A stretch of 59,364 bases of DNA, the filler included, from Sphacelaria rigidula (taxonomy: Eukaryota), in the NCBI GenBank assembly GCA_964200075.2. It is 10 parts of 10 records of this genome, joined end to end, with 100 filler letters (N's around TTAATTAATTAA, not from the genome) between each part and the next. Parts side by side here need not be neighbours in the genome. Positions count along the whole stretch, not along the records: positions 5,948 to 11,794 come from CAXNAA020023999.1; positions 11,895 to 17,741 come from CAXNAA020024000.1; positions 17,842 to 23,688 come from CAXNAA020024001.1; positions 23,789 to 29,635 come from CAXNAA020024002.1; 6 more parts are not named here. One strand, given 5' to 3'. The translations under genes and the position numbers were made by a program. Shown here in pieces: positions 11,781-24,673 of the stretch (positions within the stretch are counted from its first letter, which is position 1; each line of letters starts with the position of its first letter). The notes beneath the pieces were generated by a model. The model saw nothing but the letters and a program-made list of their open reading frames with translations. It searched no databases and had not been told where the DNA came from.

Positions 11781-14258
11781 CCCGCCGCCGACGGNNNNNN
11801 NNNNNNNNNNNNNNNNNNNNNNNNNNNNNNNNNNNNNNTTAATTAATTAANNNNNNNNNNNNNNNNNNNNNNNNNNNNNNNNNNNNNNNNNNNNAACGCG
11901 CTAGTGCCACCCCCAGTAGTGCAATCGTACTTGAGCCATTTCCACTGCAAACGGAACTGCGTGACGTAGTGGGCGCCCACCCAGATGAGTTACACAACCG
12001 AGATCAAGAAGTACTCTACGCCTAAAGAGAGAGTCTCGGACGTGTCGGGGGGAACGCCAACGACTGCGTCGACGGAAGCAGCACTCGACGAAATAAATAG
12101 GGGGTCGGGGGCGTGAATAGCCGAGAAAGGCAGGAAATTCCAAAAACACATCTCCGATGGGATGATCCCGCATGACGGACAAACTCCCGCCCCGGGGTAA
12201 GAAAAGTCAAGACAAGCACCTCCCAAAAATCAATCAATCACGGCGGCCTGCAGACTTCTACTATTTCCGTGAGGAACCATGAAGACAGCTGGGTCACGCA
12301 AAGCCGCAGATTGCTCGGGCGTAATCGTCCGCAGGCTGTGGTCGTCTACGGAGCAAGTAACGTGGCGCCTTCACGAGATCCCTACAGATTCTCGCGTATG
12401 CAAAACCAGTTGGAGGTTGCTGGCGCGTGCCCGGCCAGTTCGCTGGCACGTGAGGCTTGCGTCTTTGGCAAATGGCTTCGAACACGCTCGCCGTGTCGCC
12501 TATTTGATCACCGCTTCCGGGTAAACCGCCGTCTGACACCACGAAGTCACGCGCTTCCGCCAGCCTCACCTGTTGAAGGTTAGTTGGCATTTGGGAGAGT
12601 TAGACGATGAAAGAGAGCTACGTAGCCGAATTAATCCCAGGGTGGTTGGATTCAGGAAGTGCGATTTAGTGAAAAATCTATCCGGCCAGTCAGAAACGAA
12701 GGATTCGTCCGATCGGTCAGAATAGAACCGCAGAATTGCAGAAGGCCATCTGCAGAAGGCCTTCGGTGCACGTTTCCTAGCTCTGCTGCCTCTTTAGAGC
12801 CAAGCACCTTTCATCAATCGATTCTTTGGGGCTCTGAGGGCGTGTCTTAGCACTTTTGTTTTCGAGCGAAAAACTGCAGTCGAATTTGTTTTGCCGATCT
12901 CATAGGCCACGCATTCACGTTCCTTGAAAGGCTTCAACTCAAAATTATAACTAGCGGCGCGCGGAGAAGAATGCAACGAGGTATAGAACAATCGTTTAAG
13001 ATTGAAACCATGCGGTCGAAAGGCACGAAGTGGCACTTGACTCCTACCTTACTAATAGCCTTCTACCTGTGATGCTAGGAAGGTCCTTCTTTATGCTAGT
13101 GACAGAGAGTTTCGGAACACGCTTTTTTTTCATTTCAGAGTGCAAATATCTCAGGAGCAGAGTGCAGATGAATTAAAAACAACTCATCGAAAAGAAGTCA
13201 AGGGGATACCACATTTGACGGAGGGGGAACTGATTTTTCCTTACACTCTGATCCTGAGATATTTGCACTCTATCATGACAAAAAAGGGCTTTCCGAAAAT
13301 CTCGAATATCACTAAAAATATTGGTCGTGAAGTGGAATTTACGCTCGATTCATGCTCGTAGGTTCGAACAAATTATGCTCGATTTATGCTTGCAACATGG
13401 AATTCATGCTCGATCATGCTCGTAGTATCAAGCAAGGATGGCATTCTTGACCGGATACAGACCCACCGATCACTATATGCATGTTATGTATACAGTACAT
13501 TACGAAGAGCTATGCTACGATCATGCATATGTGTTATATTTCTTCATCCCGGTAATATAAGCAAGGTTTGGATTTCCGGGAGTAAGGGCAAGGTTTGTGA
13601 TTGAGGGCGTTAGAACAGGTATTCCTGCACCATTTTTTTTTATCGTGCTCTCATCGGTAGTATAAGTGAAAAAATGGCATAAAACAGGGGATGGTTAAGT
13701 TTCGTCCCCTCCTGTGGATTGTTTTTGTTCCAGACGGAACTTCCGAAGATCTGGTCAGTAAGGCAAACTAGGATGTTGTTTATCTCCCGTGCGGAACGAG
13801 GGAAAGCTTTCTTCCAGGTTTTTTTTAAATGTGGAATCTTGGCTATGTTGAGCGTGCTGTAGACCGGTACTGTGAAGAGAAAAAATACATCTTCCCTTTT
13901 GACCGGGTCCAAAACTACAGGGTGCCTAAAAAGAGCACGGAGGAAAAAAAACAAGAAAATGATTTTTTCGAAGAAAAACAAGTGTTTGAGGTGAGGATCG
14001 AACTCCCGGCGCGAACACCGATCGCCAACTCTTTTTTTTCGCGAAAGCCCGAACCTTGCATATATTTCCGGGCAGAGGAAGCATATATATATATAAACAA
14101 AGAGCCATGCTAAGATAGGGGGGGGAAGGGGGTCGATTCCACGAGAACATTTGCTCATAGATGCATCGAATGACCTACAACACTCGCAGTGTGCTTGTAT
14201 TTGGGTGAAACAGTGTCAAGCAGTATGTAAAACTCAGGGATGTGTACCGACAAAACCT

Positions 14259-14590
14259 CACGGAGCCGAGCGAAGCGGATGTGGAAACCTATGGATTATG
14301 ACGCAGCAGATATCCGCCAATAAAAATAACACGGATTATTGCGGAGCGGATATTCGCCAACGAAAATGTCACGGTGCGGTGCTGATTTTTCGAATATGGT
14401 ACGAAGCGGAGCGGATATCCGTCAGTGGGAAAACTCGAGGATTTCCACGGAGCGGATATCCGCCCACTACAAATGCACGGACTAATGCGGAGCGGATATC
14501 CGTGGCATGGATTTTTCCACGGAGCGGTTTGCCCCTCTCCGTGGAACAAACCACACAAACCGCGGCAATTCCCCGCGTTGCACCGTCGCA
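14259..14590. repeat. Array of (CGGA)GCGGATATCCG motifs, transposon subterminal-type repeats
   Basis: Palindromic GCGGATATCCGC variants at 14306, 14346, 14411, 14452 and 14492 (spacing 40, 65, 41, 40). Confidence 0.7.
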
Positions 14591-15649
14591 GTAATCCGGG
14601 AAAAAGAAATGAGTTGTTTTACTTTGACTACCAGCTGCTGGACAGGGGGGGTGGCGGATTAAATACCGCACATGTAAGGTCGAATCCCTGGAGAAAAAAA
14701 AAATCAACCGAGAATAATGAACAGTACATATTTGGAGTTTAAATGTCATCCACCAGGACAGGGTGACGGGGGGCGGGGTGGCAGACGCGCAACAGCAGCA
14801 GCGCTTGACCCAGGACCAAGGCTATATCCACCGCAAGAAAAAGCATGGAATACATTCCTCAAGAATGGTGTCAACAGCAGCACAGTAGTTTTCAACTGAA
14901 AAAGGAGATTTTCGTAGTGTTGTCGTAGTCGGGGATATTCGGAAGTGTTTTCGTGTACCACCGCTTATCCCAGTGGACGCAGTTGATCCCAAAGTTTGGG
15001 GATCTACTAGGCATCTCCACATTCCAAAATAATGTCACATCTATCTGCGCTCATGATTGGACGACTTACGGGCTGACCGGTTTTCGGGGGTCCTAAGACT
15101 GCCCAGCCCCAGGTTTTGACCCTTCAGTAGTTTTGCTCGATTGAAGAAATCCCTATCGTTCTCTTGAACAAATGAAAGTGAGCTTTTTGTTTGTAATTCT
15201 CACCTTTTCCTGACAAAAACTCTAACGAAATGCAGAACCTGACCCTCATTCCAACGAAATGCAGACCATGCACAGTCGGGCTACAGCTGCGAAAGCTATT
15301 GTTCGGACCAGTGACGGTCGATAACACCCCCTGATGAACAAGGTACTTACTCCGTGTCACCCCAACAACAAGTGAGGGCTGTGTTGTCAACACGACCTGT
15401 TCCTCTTCCCAATATATATCGACGTCAGGACTCTTGAGCGCCAATGACGGATACCACGTGCGAAAATTCAGAGATTTATTCAGCGGTTTGATCTGAGATA
15501 TGCTACGGAGATCGCACGGATGGAGTACGGAGTGCAGACTTCCAGAACCGTATCGGCGAATTGCTTATCCAGAACGATATTTTAATACTGCGAATTCGAA
15601 GTCATCCGGCATTCAGAACAAATTCGTCCGAGGAAATCCGTGTCTTTTT

Positions 15650-15920
15650 AGCGGTTCGATCCGTAAGTTATGCCACGGATGTCGCACGGATCACCAACGG
15701 AGTGGATAAAACCACACCGTAGAAAACATTTCACGATTCCAACCACGCAGCTGTAATCTATACGGGGCGGAGCGTTTTTTTTTAAATTGTCACGGAGCGG
15801 AGCGGATATCCGCCAGTAGGAGAAATCACGGATTGTCGCGGAGCGGATATCCGCCCCCTTCAAGTGCCACGGAGCGGTGCGGATTGACAAACCGCACCGT
15901 AATACTCCGCTCCACGGATT
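15650..15920. repeat. Second array of CGGAGCGGATATCCG/CACGG motifs
   Basis: Same motif at 15802 and 15843 plus CACGGA/CCGCACCG repeats, in the same orientation as 14259-14590. Confidence 0.65.
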
Positions 15921-18676
15921 TATTCTTCGTCCATGCGCAGAACTGATTATTGCCCTCAACTGATGAAAAAAAAAACTTGTGTACGCCCGTAATTTTTTTC
16001 ATCATGCCCTACTCATTGTCCATACCAGATTCCAGGGTCCAACTCCAAGTATTGGCCGTATAATGGGCCGTTTAGTGACAGGGTCAAAAGAAATTCGGGA
16101 CAGTATTTTTGAAGGCCAGTTACTGGCCCACGTTTGGTGTTTGTGTATTGAAATCTTGTGTAGGTGCTCTCCAAGGCTTAATTAACGAACGAAAGTGGAT
16201 CAAGTTAATGTTTTTCAATTTTTCCCACTGGTTCAAGGCGTTCTACTATGGTAAGGACCATATTTCACGAGAACGCCCTAACCTCCATGAAAAAAAAAAA
16301 TGGAAGGCCCATTTCTTTTATTCGGCGCTCTGTTGTGGTTCTACAAACCAAAATTCGTCGCCATCCGCTGAATGCATAGATTGGGAGTTTCATAGGGATT
16401 TTAGTATTGGCGCTATCTCCTTTGGGTATAGGAATTACTAGACATGGGGTTCAATCAATGAGAACATATGGGTCCAAACGTTTGACGAGATGGGCACCTT
16501 CCCCTTGACTAGACGATTAATACTGTATGCGGATCACGGCCCAACTCGTCTGTGTCGATGAGATATTGCTTTTAGAGCTTTAATTCGGTTTTAGNNNNNN
16601 NNNNAGATCGGTCAAGCCCGTAAGTCACTCATTATTGATCGCAGATATTGTTTCTTTCAATACTTGTCAAGACGATTGAAATATCTCCGGATACGCATTT
16701 TTTGGCATACAAAGGTCACTGTGATGAGCGGTGGCAAGCGAAACAAATTCGGAAAATCTTTGAGAAACTCAGAAAGTACGGATTCTGCATACTTCTGACG
16801 CTGACTACTGTAATCCTGTCATGATAGTGTGCATTGCGTAATGACAACTGTTCACACCCGCCACAGCCCATGCGCAGGAACACAGTGAATCCAGGCAGAT
16901 AACGACATTTGGATGCTCTGAGTACTCTACACGGCCGTATACCCGCAAGCAGGGAAACTTGTGACATCACACCATTAGTGTACAAGTACCGTTGTCTGTT
17001 GTTTGCTGTGCGGACTGTACACTATGTCCAGCGGGCAACAGACGACAGCAGTACGGAAGTACTACTGTACAGGGCCTAAAGTGCTCTGAACAGTTGACAA
17101 GTGATGCGATACAGGACCACCCCCGCCACTCGTGCTGCCACTTGGATAGCCTGCACAGGACAGTACACAGACACAGTGTACGGAGAGCAGTGCAAGAACA
17201 GTATGATATGGCGGTCTCGATGGCAAGCAGTTGATGCATACGATCTGTATACAGTCCGTGTTGTCAGAGCATTCATACAATCAAAATCGAGCATGCGCGG
17301 TGCTTGGCTGACCAAGACCACAAGACGATCGTTTGCTCATCAATATCGAGCAGAGAGTTTATCGCCGCAGGCTTGCCGTCTTCTACCCTGCGACACGATG
17401 CTTTCTTTACGCCCTGCTGTGGATTGCTGTGAATTGCGCCTGGCCGCTGTTTCGTGTGTGCAGCATTTCGATCTGAAATTTTATCGTGGGTTGGTTCTGG
17501 ACACTCATTAAAACAGCATAAATATAATGCGATAAATTTCCCGTGGGTGTTGTATAACGTATATACTTTCCTCTACCTACAGGCAGTCAGTCATCGCTCA
17601 GGCAGTTAGTCATGGCTCATATGTCAAAGCCGTGTCCACGTTGTCCAGGCTGTGTTCCATCAGAAGAATTGATATCACTGTCTGCGCTTTCAACTTTTTT
17701 GCGCCGGGATGCTGACACCAAACATTCGCCGACAAACGGGCNNNNNNNNNNNNNNNNNNNNNNNNNNNNNNNNNNNNNNNNNNNNTTAATTAATTAANNN
17801 NNNNNNNNNNNNNNNNNNNNNNNNNNNNNNNNNNNNNNNNNCTAATGTGCGGAAATAACAATAATAATAACATCTATATATATATATATTTCGCGCTCTT
17901 GGATTAGTGAACCCGGCTCAGCCCATCATGCCGAGATATGCTTCAGTACTCTTTCACGGCTGCGCTGTGTCAAGCGGTTATCAACAAGCACGCCATACAC
18001 GTACTCACACACGGCTGGCTGACTAGCTGGCTAGGCACACCGGAAAAAGCTTCCGACAGGACACTATCCTTAGCCGCGAGTCGTAGTTTGGAGGGCTGTG
18101 ATACGCCTCGAGCCGTCTGCTTTGTGAGATAGCCGCGCCCGGGATAGACAATGTGATCGACCTGTGGTCAGCGACACAGGCAAAAACAACACTGGCCAAA
18201 ACTACACCTCGTGGCACACTTTGCGTACTACTTTTAACAACGCCGTTGTGGCGACTTCTAAATCCTTCCTATGGGCCTCCATCTCCGTTATCCCTCGGTC
18301 ACCCATGCTATTTTACAGTGAGTGCCCGGAGGCGTTCTGATGGTTCAGAGTGCCATGTCAACGCTGATCTCTGCGATAGCCGTCGGCAACGACAACCAAC
18401 GTTGTACGTGAGCGAAGTACTGTAAACGTGATGTATTGGTGTAATCTGTAGTGGATGCGAACGGTCTCATCCACTATTACAGGGGCAAAGTTGTAGCAGG
18501 AGAAAACAACATGGACTCCATTGTCTACAATATACTTGCGTCAGACCGAACAAGCCTCGGAGGTTCTTGTTCCTTCAGATTACGACTGCAGGTATTTTTG
18601 CAGCAATGCACGTGTCCCCACGCTGCGACGGGGAGTTGGATCTACGGCCTTGTAGTGTTACATCGCTGTCCGATAA

Positions 18677-18980
18677 AGTGCAGGGTACCATTATAGTGCG
18701 GTCAAATCAACATCACTCGCCACAAGTCCGATACGCTATACTTATGTCAAGTGATCGCACTATACCCGTACAGTACAGGGTACCACTACAGCGCGGTCAA
18801 ATGAACATCACTCGCCACAAGTCCGATACGCTATTCTTATGTCAAGTGATTGCACTATACCAGTACAGTGCATAATAAATAATAACCAGTACAGTGCAGG
18901 GCACCACTACAGTGCGGTCGAATCAGCATCACTCGCCACAAGTCCGATACTATACTAATGTCAAGTGATTGCACTATACT
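18677..18980. repeat. Tandem repeat, ~95-bp unit, three copies (fourth split by SINE)
   Basis: Units start at 18677, 18772 and 18893, with a 26-bp insertion before unit 3. Core CATCACTCGCCACAAGTCCGATAC...ATGTCAAGTGAT.GCACTATAC. Confidence 0.9.
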
Positions 18981-18989
18981 GTTACGGTG

Positions 18990-20417
18990 GCCCCGGTGGC
19001 TCAGTTGGTGACCTCGACACCTTCTGAAGGTTGGTTCTTGGGTTCATTTCTCAGAGCGATCTGGGATTTTTTCTCACACCATACCCAACAGTGGAGAGGA
19101 CCATGTCGTGGGTACACAAACTTCGACTTTACGATCGACGAGGGAAAGGGACTGCTGAACCCCTCTCGCGATATAAAATAAGGCAAGCACCGCAGAAGGA
19201 AGGTGGGGTACAGTGGGTGGCCCTTTCTAAGGCACTTCCTTCAAAAGCACAGGCCCGTTTAAGGGCACGCTTTTTCGGTGCCCCAACTCGTGTCCACTAT
19301 AAGGCACAGTGTGCCTTCAAAGGGGCCACTTTTCAAAAATTGTACAAATGTCATGTTCTAGTAGTCGAAGGAGGTCGAATCCGCGCACTTCGCTGGAAAC
19401 CATGCCTTGCGCAGCAGGGGAGCAGTGCAAACTGCCAAGTCTTACCCCCAGCGTGTCTACAGTCGGCACACATTTATGTCGTGGAGGTTGTGAGGGCTAC
19501 CTTCACGGTCTTTGCGGTGCCCAGAACCCCGCAAGTATATACGAAACGCACAGGATATGCGACATAAGATGACTTTTATCGAAGCATAGGCCATGCGGCG
19601 CTCTCCACAGACCGATATGCGCAGCTTCTTCCGCGGAGTTTCTTCTTAAAAACCGGAGCGGGGTTTGCTGGACTGTGTTTCTTGGTCGCCCTGTGTAGGG
19701 AATGCGGTTTGGCACGTTGTTCGGTATACATTTCGCGTCGGTGGTGCTGTACGTTCTGAAGCTTTTTCACGACTTTGGAATGTTGTTGCCATCGTAAGAT
19801 TCTAGTTGTAGGGGTCCGCTTGTGAGTCTCTGTTGGACACTGCGTTCGTGTTTCTCGCCTTGGGGTCGTCGTCGCTGATTTTGCTGTCCTGTCTCTGTAC
19901 TGCGAAGGGATATGGTTGGTCTTGTACTGTCCGGAGTGAGCTTACCCAAGGAGGAGTACAGTATATAGTCGGTACCTTGCCTGATTGTTCGATTGATTTC
20001 CTCACATTACTGATTCGCTTCGAACCCGCTGTTGCCTGAATTATAATACTGAATATATATATATAACAATCACATAAAATACCATACTGGAAAACCTGTG
20101 TGCTCCGAGAAGTCTCCATTTCATTATGCTCCACATTGACCACGCAGTTGCCCGCTGCCTGCAAGTTTGGCCCCTTTTGAAGGCACAGTGTGCCTTCAAA
20201 GGAGCCACTTCCACCATAAGGCACGTGCCCTTTCAAGGGCACACTTCTTCGGCCGCCCCAGGGGTGCTTTAAAAAGGGTCACCCACTGTACTAAGAACAA
20301 ACAAAAAATAAAAAGCTCCTGTGTTGGCCTTCCTCCTGTGTGACCCCGGCTGGTTCGTCCACATATACCGAAATGTGTACATCGGCGTCCAAAATAAATG
20401 GATACGACAATACACAC
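18990..20417 (+). mobile_element. tRNA-derived SINE, full length, interrupted by a pogo-like element
   Basis: Head GCCCCGGTGGCTCAGTTGG (A box) with B-box-like GGTTCATTTC. The body resumes at 20291 and ends in a (CA)n tail. 12-bp TSD ACTGTTACGGTG (18978-18989) / ACTGGTACGGTG (20418-20429). Colinear with the uninterrupted copy at 24674-25037. Confidence 0.85.
19211..20288 (+). mobile_element. Non-autonomous pogo/Tigger-type (Tc1/mariner superfamily) DNA transposon, internal deletion derivative
   Basis: TA TSD at 19209-10 and 20289-90. TIR CAGTGGGTGRCCCTTTYTAARGCAC matches 22/25. Subterminal AAGGCACAGTGTGCCTT at 19301 and 20180. Coding remnants: a Cys/His finger at 19402-19566 and a C-terminal QTDMRSFF PIP-box at 19608-19631. 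Confidence 0.88.
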
Positions 20418-21618
20418 ACTGGTACGGTGCGGGGTCCCAACATAGTGCGGTTGTCCCTGGCCGGTGACCCACCGCACGAGTCTGGGAGCCCCATTGTACT
20501 CGTTGATTGTTGCTGTGGAGCTGTTTCTATGCATCAAATACAGCGGTTAGTTGTCCGGTACACGTACAAAGAAGAAAAATGAGCCATATACGGGAGATAG
20601 CACCTGGGAATACACATGTTTCAGCCAGATGTTCGAACTGTCTGTTTTGCTCGCATACCGCATGAATAGAGGCGATCACGAGCTCCACCGGGGCGCGATG
20701 TGTTCTCTGAGAAGTACCGAACAATGACCATCGCTTGGGGAGTCGCGATAGTAACGTTTCACCCTCATCTGACGCCGCCCTTGAGGTTGGGCACCCGTTG
20801 CTTCCCAAGCGTGCACGGTTAGGACAAATCATAACGACTCAAAATCACCAAATTCACGATTTCTTCGGCCTGATTGCCNNNNNNNNNNGTCGACTCATCA
20901 TACTAAAACCAAGTAATTTTCAGACGAATCATTGATTTGTCCGACCCTTGAAAGCGTGTCTTTTTTGGCCCCGGAAATATGTCTATCCGGTGGGAAACTC
21001 CCCGCAGAAATATATCTCCTACCGACAGCTACGAGCGATGCGATGATTACGTGCGCTTAATTGAGTGTGTTAGCTACCCATGAGCATGCTTGTATCTCAA
21101 CGGAAAGCTCTACAGAGGGGTAGTATCGTCGAATATACTCATCCCTGTCTTGCGGCTTAGAACTGCCCCCCGAATTGCGGCTTTCCGGATAGATACCCGC
21201 TGTTGTTTCGCCACGCAGTGTTCGCTTCTATTCCGTTGAATCGTTATCGTTTACCGTGGAAGGCAAGATCAGTTGTACCGCGCAGTGTATAACCATAGAC
21301 CAGGCTAAACGTTGGATTGAGAAATAATTCTTGGTCGATGATCGATCTTGTCCGCTGGTCTCTCTGCTGCATCGCTGAAATTCGTTTGAAATTTCCTCGA
21401 ACCGCCCAATGAATGCCCCCCCTGAACTCTTGGACGACATACAACCATCGTGTGTGCTGCATCACCCTCCCGTGTCTCCTTTTCCCCCTGCCGCACATCG
21501 AAGCAACACGAACAACATATAATATATTCTTCTGGATGCATTATGGACACAGGCTGCGCAGATGATGTGTTCACTCTTCTCAGAACTAACCCCAATCCGT
21601 AGACAACGATTCCCCCCG

Positions 21619-21681
21619 CGTCTTGAAAGGGATGCGTGGTCAATGGTCAGACCGACTAAGGCAAGCAACAACTGAGTACGC
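21619..21681. repeat. Interspersed repeat GAAAGGGATGCGTGGTCAAT...GCAAGCAACAA.TGAGTACGC (probable retroposon 3' region)
   Basis: Near-identical copies at 23906-23967 and 56822-56885, and a partial copy at ~8690-8710. The retroposon origin is inferred. Confidence 0.75.
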
Positions 21682-22764
21682 AGGTTGACTGAGATGGACT
21701 GTTGGGCTGTATCACATTTGGAGGATCAAAACAGCTTTTTCTCTCGCCACACAAAACGCCTTTTTTTTTCATGAACATGTGGATGTTGCGCATCTATGTA
21801 GGAACTACGCCCGGAGAACCCCTGACCGGGCTTTTGACCCTGCAGTCAATTGCGTACACAGTCAGTATGTGTGCTGCATATCTTCGCTGGATACGCCGTC
21901 AAGAAACAATCAGCGTGCCGACGCTGTCCACTGTGACACAGTCTACTGCATGCTGCTGGTGTCACTTCGTTAGTGTTCCACAACAACACTGCGGACAGTG
22001 TGAAGCCATGCTGGGAACACAAGAGGTGTCAGGCAGGCGACACACACTACGTGCAGAGCAAAAAGCGCGTTGCTTGTGACCATGCTATCTATGGTTGAAC
22101 TGCCAAGACCAAATTGAGAAAGAAAAATCGGCTAATTTAGAAAGCGAAGTAGTCCACCTGTAGGGGAACAAAGGGATAATTTTGATAGCCCTGATTTGGT
22201 CAGAATGATCGCTCCGCTTCTCTCGGGATTCGTTCCTGGCTTTTAAATTCCCGTGGGAAATTTCCACACATCGTTGACTTGGTTGAAGCATTTCGGCTGG
22301 TCTGCGAACAGGTCCCCACCTCGTTGCCAACCCCCCCCGCCCCCCGGAACCCCCCGGAACCCCCCGGATGTCCCTGGACTGCCAGCCTATGAAATTGCTT
22401 CGAGTCGACGCTCGTTGTCTCAAGGGTTAACAGCATGAAACAATGCTCAATGCCCGCCCCGCCCATCACAGGGTGAAAGAGGAAGTCAGGTACAAAAACA
22501 GTGAAATGAATCAGGATTTAGATCATAGTCTCGTCGTGGAGAGGGTGGGGTTTGATGAAGTGTGTCATTTATGCGGAGGTTGTGCAGGAAGCTTATGCGT
22601 CATACATACAGACATACTGTACTACACACGACTATTTTATTTCGTGAAATTTGAAAAGGTTTTGAGACAGTTGTACTTGTATTTGGTAAAGATTGAAATG
22701 TTTTTGACGCAGTACGGCAGTAGTGCAGGGAGAAGAGGCAGAAAATGCAAATAATGGGCCTCTT

Positions 22765-22945
22765 GCCTGTCCCGTCCCGTCTCATTCTGTCCCGTCTCAT
22801 TCCGTCCCGCCTGTCCTGTCTCGCCTGTCCCGTCCCGCCTGTCCCGTCCCGCCTGTCCCGTCCCGCCTGTCCCGTTCCGTCCCGTTCCGTCCCGTTCCGT
22901 CCCATCCCGTCGCGGACCGTCCCATCCCGTCCTATTCCGTCCATC
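22765..22945. repeat. Degenerate (GTCCC)n pentanucleotide microsatellite
   Basis: Repeated CCCGT/CCTGT units seen directly. Confidence 0.9.
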
Positions 22946-22982
22946 TCCCCTGCATGTGCCTCCGTTTGAACTGTCGAATCAG

Positions 22983-23555
22983 GCCCTGCGGCGTCAACTG
23001 CGAAACCATATCAGTAACGCATCAGACGGCAACCCCTCAATTGGGGTGACTCATGGGCAGACTGCCGTCGACATGCCTACCGTCGCCACCCCCACCCCTG
23101 CAAGAACGGTGCCCGTCTCGGCACCCTCAGTCGCTCCGCTTCCCCACACCACCATCGGTCAGGCTCCCGCGGCGCAATTTCGACCCGTTTGCGACTGCGG
23201 TGCAATAGTGGACTCTAGGCTGTTAGTCCCATCGAGTACAGTCCGACCCGCCATCGCCGTTGCAGCCACCCTTCCCGTCGCGGCTTCCAGCGCCTCTGGC
23301 TCAAGCTCGAATGTCGGCCAAGGTACGGGATTGCGGGACGTGGGGATGGGGGCCGCTTCGGTTGGCGAAGGGCGCGCTGACGAGTCCGCTTCGCGTGGCA
23401 TTGGTCATGCAGAATCTGACGTCGAGGCCGTTGGAAACACTTCGATGAAGCCTGCTGCTGTTGTCGGAGGTCAGGGAGTCCCGGGGGCTGGGCGATCTTC
23501 TCCTGTCCCAGAGGGTGCTGTTGCCCCGGAGGCGTTACTGGCTTTACAGAAACAG
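22983..23555 (+). CDS. Internal exon of an unidentified Ala/Pro/Ser/Gly-rich protein
   Basis: ATCAG acceptor, CAG|GTGCGG donor, 573 nt open in phase 0 (ALRRQLRNH...EALLALQKQ), GC-rich coding-like composition. Possible upstream 18-nt micro-exon at 22472-22489. Confidence 0.65.
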
Positions 23556-23905
23556 GTGCGGGGTGAGGGTGTCAGATTGAGCTTCCGAGGGGAGGCTCAG
23601 CGGGAGGAAGGGAGGGGGGGGGGGGGGGGGGGAAACCTTGTTGATATGTACCAGAAAACAATAGACCAGAATCCGCGTAAACCCACGANNNNNNNNNNNN
23701 NNNNNNNNNNNNNNNNNNNNNNNNNNNNNNNNTTAATTAATTAANNNNNNNNNNNNNNNNNNNNNNNNNNNNNNNNNNNNNNNNNNNNAGACGGCGAAAC
23801 AGGACGGAGATATGATATGTAAAACGTGTTTGTGTAATATATGGAAGAAACGTAATGAGCGACGGAATGTTGAAGGTGTCTCTATTAGGAGTAGGAACGG
23901 TGCTC

Positions 23906-23967
23906 CGTCTCGAAAGGGATGCGTAGTCAATTGTCAAACGAGTAAGGCAAGCAACAAATGAGTACGC
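23906..23967. repeat. Copy of GAAAGGGATGCG interspersed repeat
   Basis: Matches 21619-21681 and 56822-56885. Confidence 0.75.
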
Positions 23968-24161
23968 CCCTCCCCCCCCCCTCCCCCCGTCAATTCAGAC
24001 GGTTGCTCGAGGGTGAAAACATTTGTTGTGCTATATCCTCTCTTGCATAGCTGCCAAAGTTTGCGTTATAGACCGACCGGAACGCTCACCCATACAACAT
24101 GCTTGCGTCGTTCGTGGGGGTGGGCGTATTCTCATGTCGGTTTGCGGTCATGGTACGGCAG

Positions 24162-24241
24162 GCCAACTTGAACCATTACGAGGAGGCGTCGGCGTGCTAC
24201 TTGCAAGCGTTGAAGCTCAACCCGGAAGCGAAGCATATATG
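24162..24241 (+). CDS. PEX5: Peroxisomal PTS1 receptor PEX5, penultimate coding exon (TPR)
   Basis: CAG acceptor and TG|GTGAGA donor. ANLNHYEEASACYLQALKLNPEAKHIW matches the last PEX5 TPR, and its phase 2 end fits the next exon. Confidence 0.88.
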
Positions 24242-24673
24242 GTGAGACTAAGACGTCCGCACGAAAGTAGCCGCCTTTCTATGTGTTGATATGTAAACAA
24301 TGGTCTATTTCTATTCATACAAGTGGCACCTCCAGATCGGAACAAGGCGGGTTCGATTCCCGCTACATGCAACTTTTTTCGTTTTTTTTTTTTTTTCCCG
24401 AGAATTTTCTGATTTACATGGCTGAAAACGTGACGCCGCCGTGAGGTTGCGATAGAGCTTCATTCGACGCAGACTCGACGCGGTGCGGAAGGAAGTGTTG
24501 GTCATGATCCAATCCGCGATATCAACTTACAAGTTGTATACCACGGACTCTTCCCGAGAAAGGAGACGGGTTGGTGAGGATGAAAGTGTGATGAGCAAAG
24601 AACAAACTGGCGAGTAGAGGGCGGGATGCGACACAACGCTCTTGCACTACGCTTGTGCTTTTAGTGTAAGCTA

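Noticed and set aside
11895..13040. Possible Fanzor/TnpB or other coding remnant (VVVYGAS motif)
   Set aside because: No RuvC D-E-D motifs, zinc ribbon or RD.NAA signature were seen in any frame. Left unclassified.
14300..14510. CRISPR-like repeat-spacer array
   Set aside because: The repeats are only 12-16 bp and degenerate, one spacing is irregular, there are no cas genes and the context is eukaryotic. Transposon subterminal repeats explain it better.
24325..24375. tRNA gene (GGGTTCGATTCCCG T-arm followed by a T run)
   Set aside because: Only the 3' arm is present, with no D-arm or acceptor pairing.
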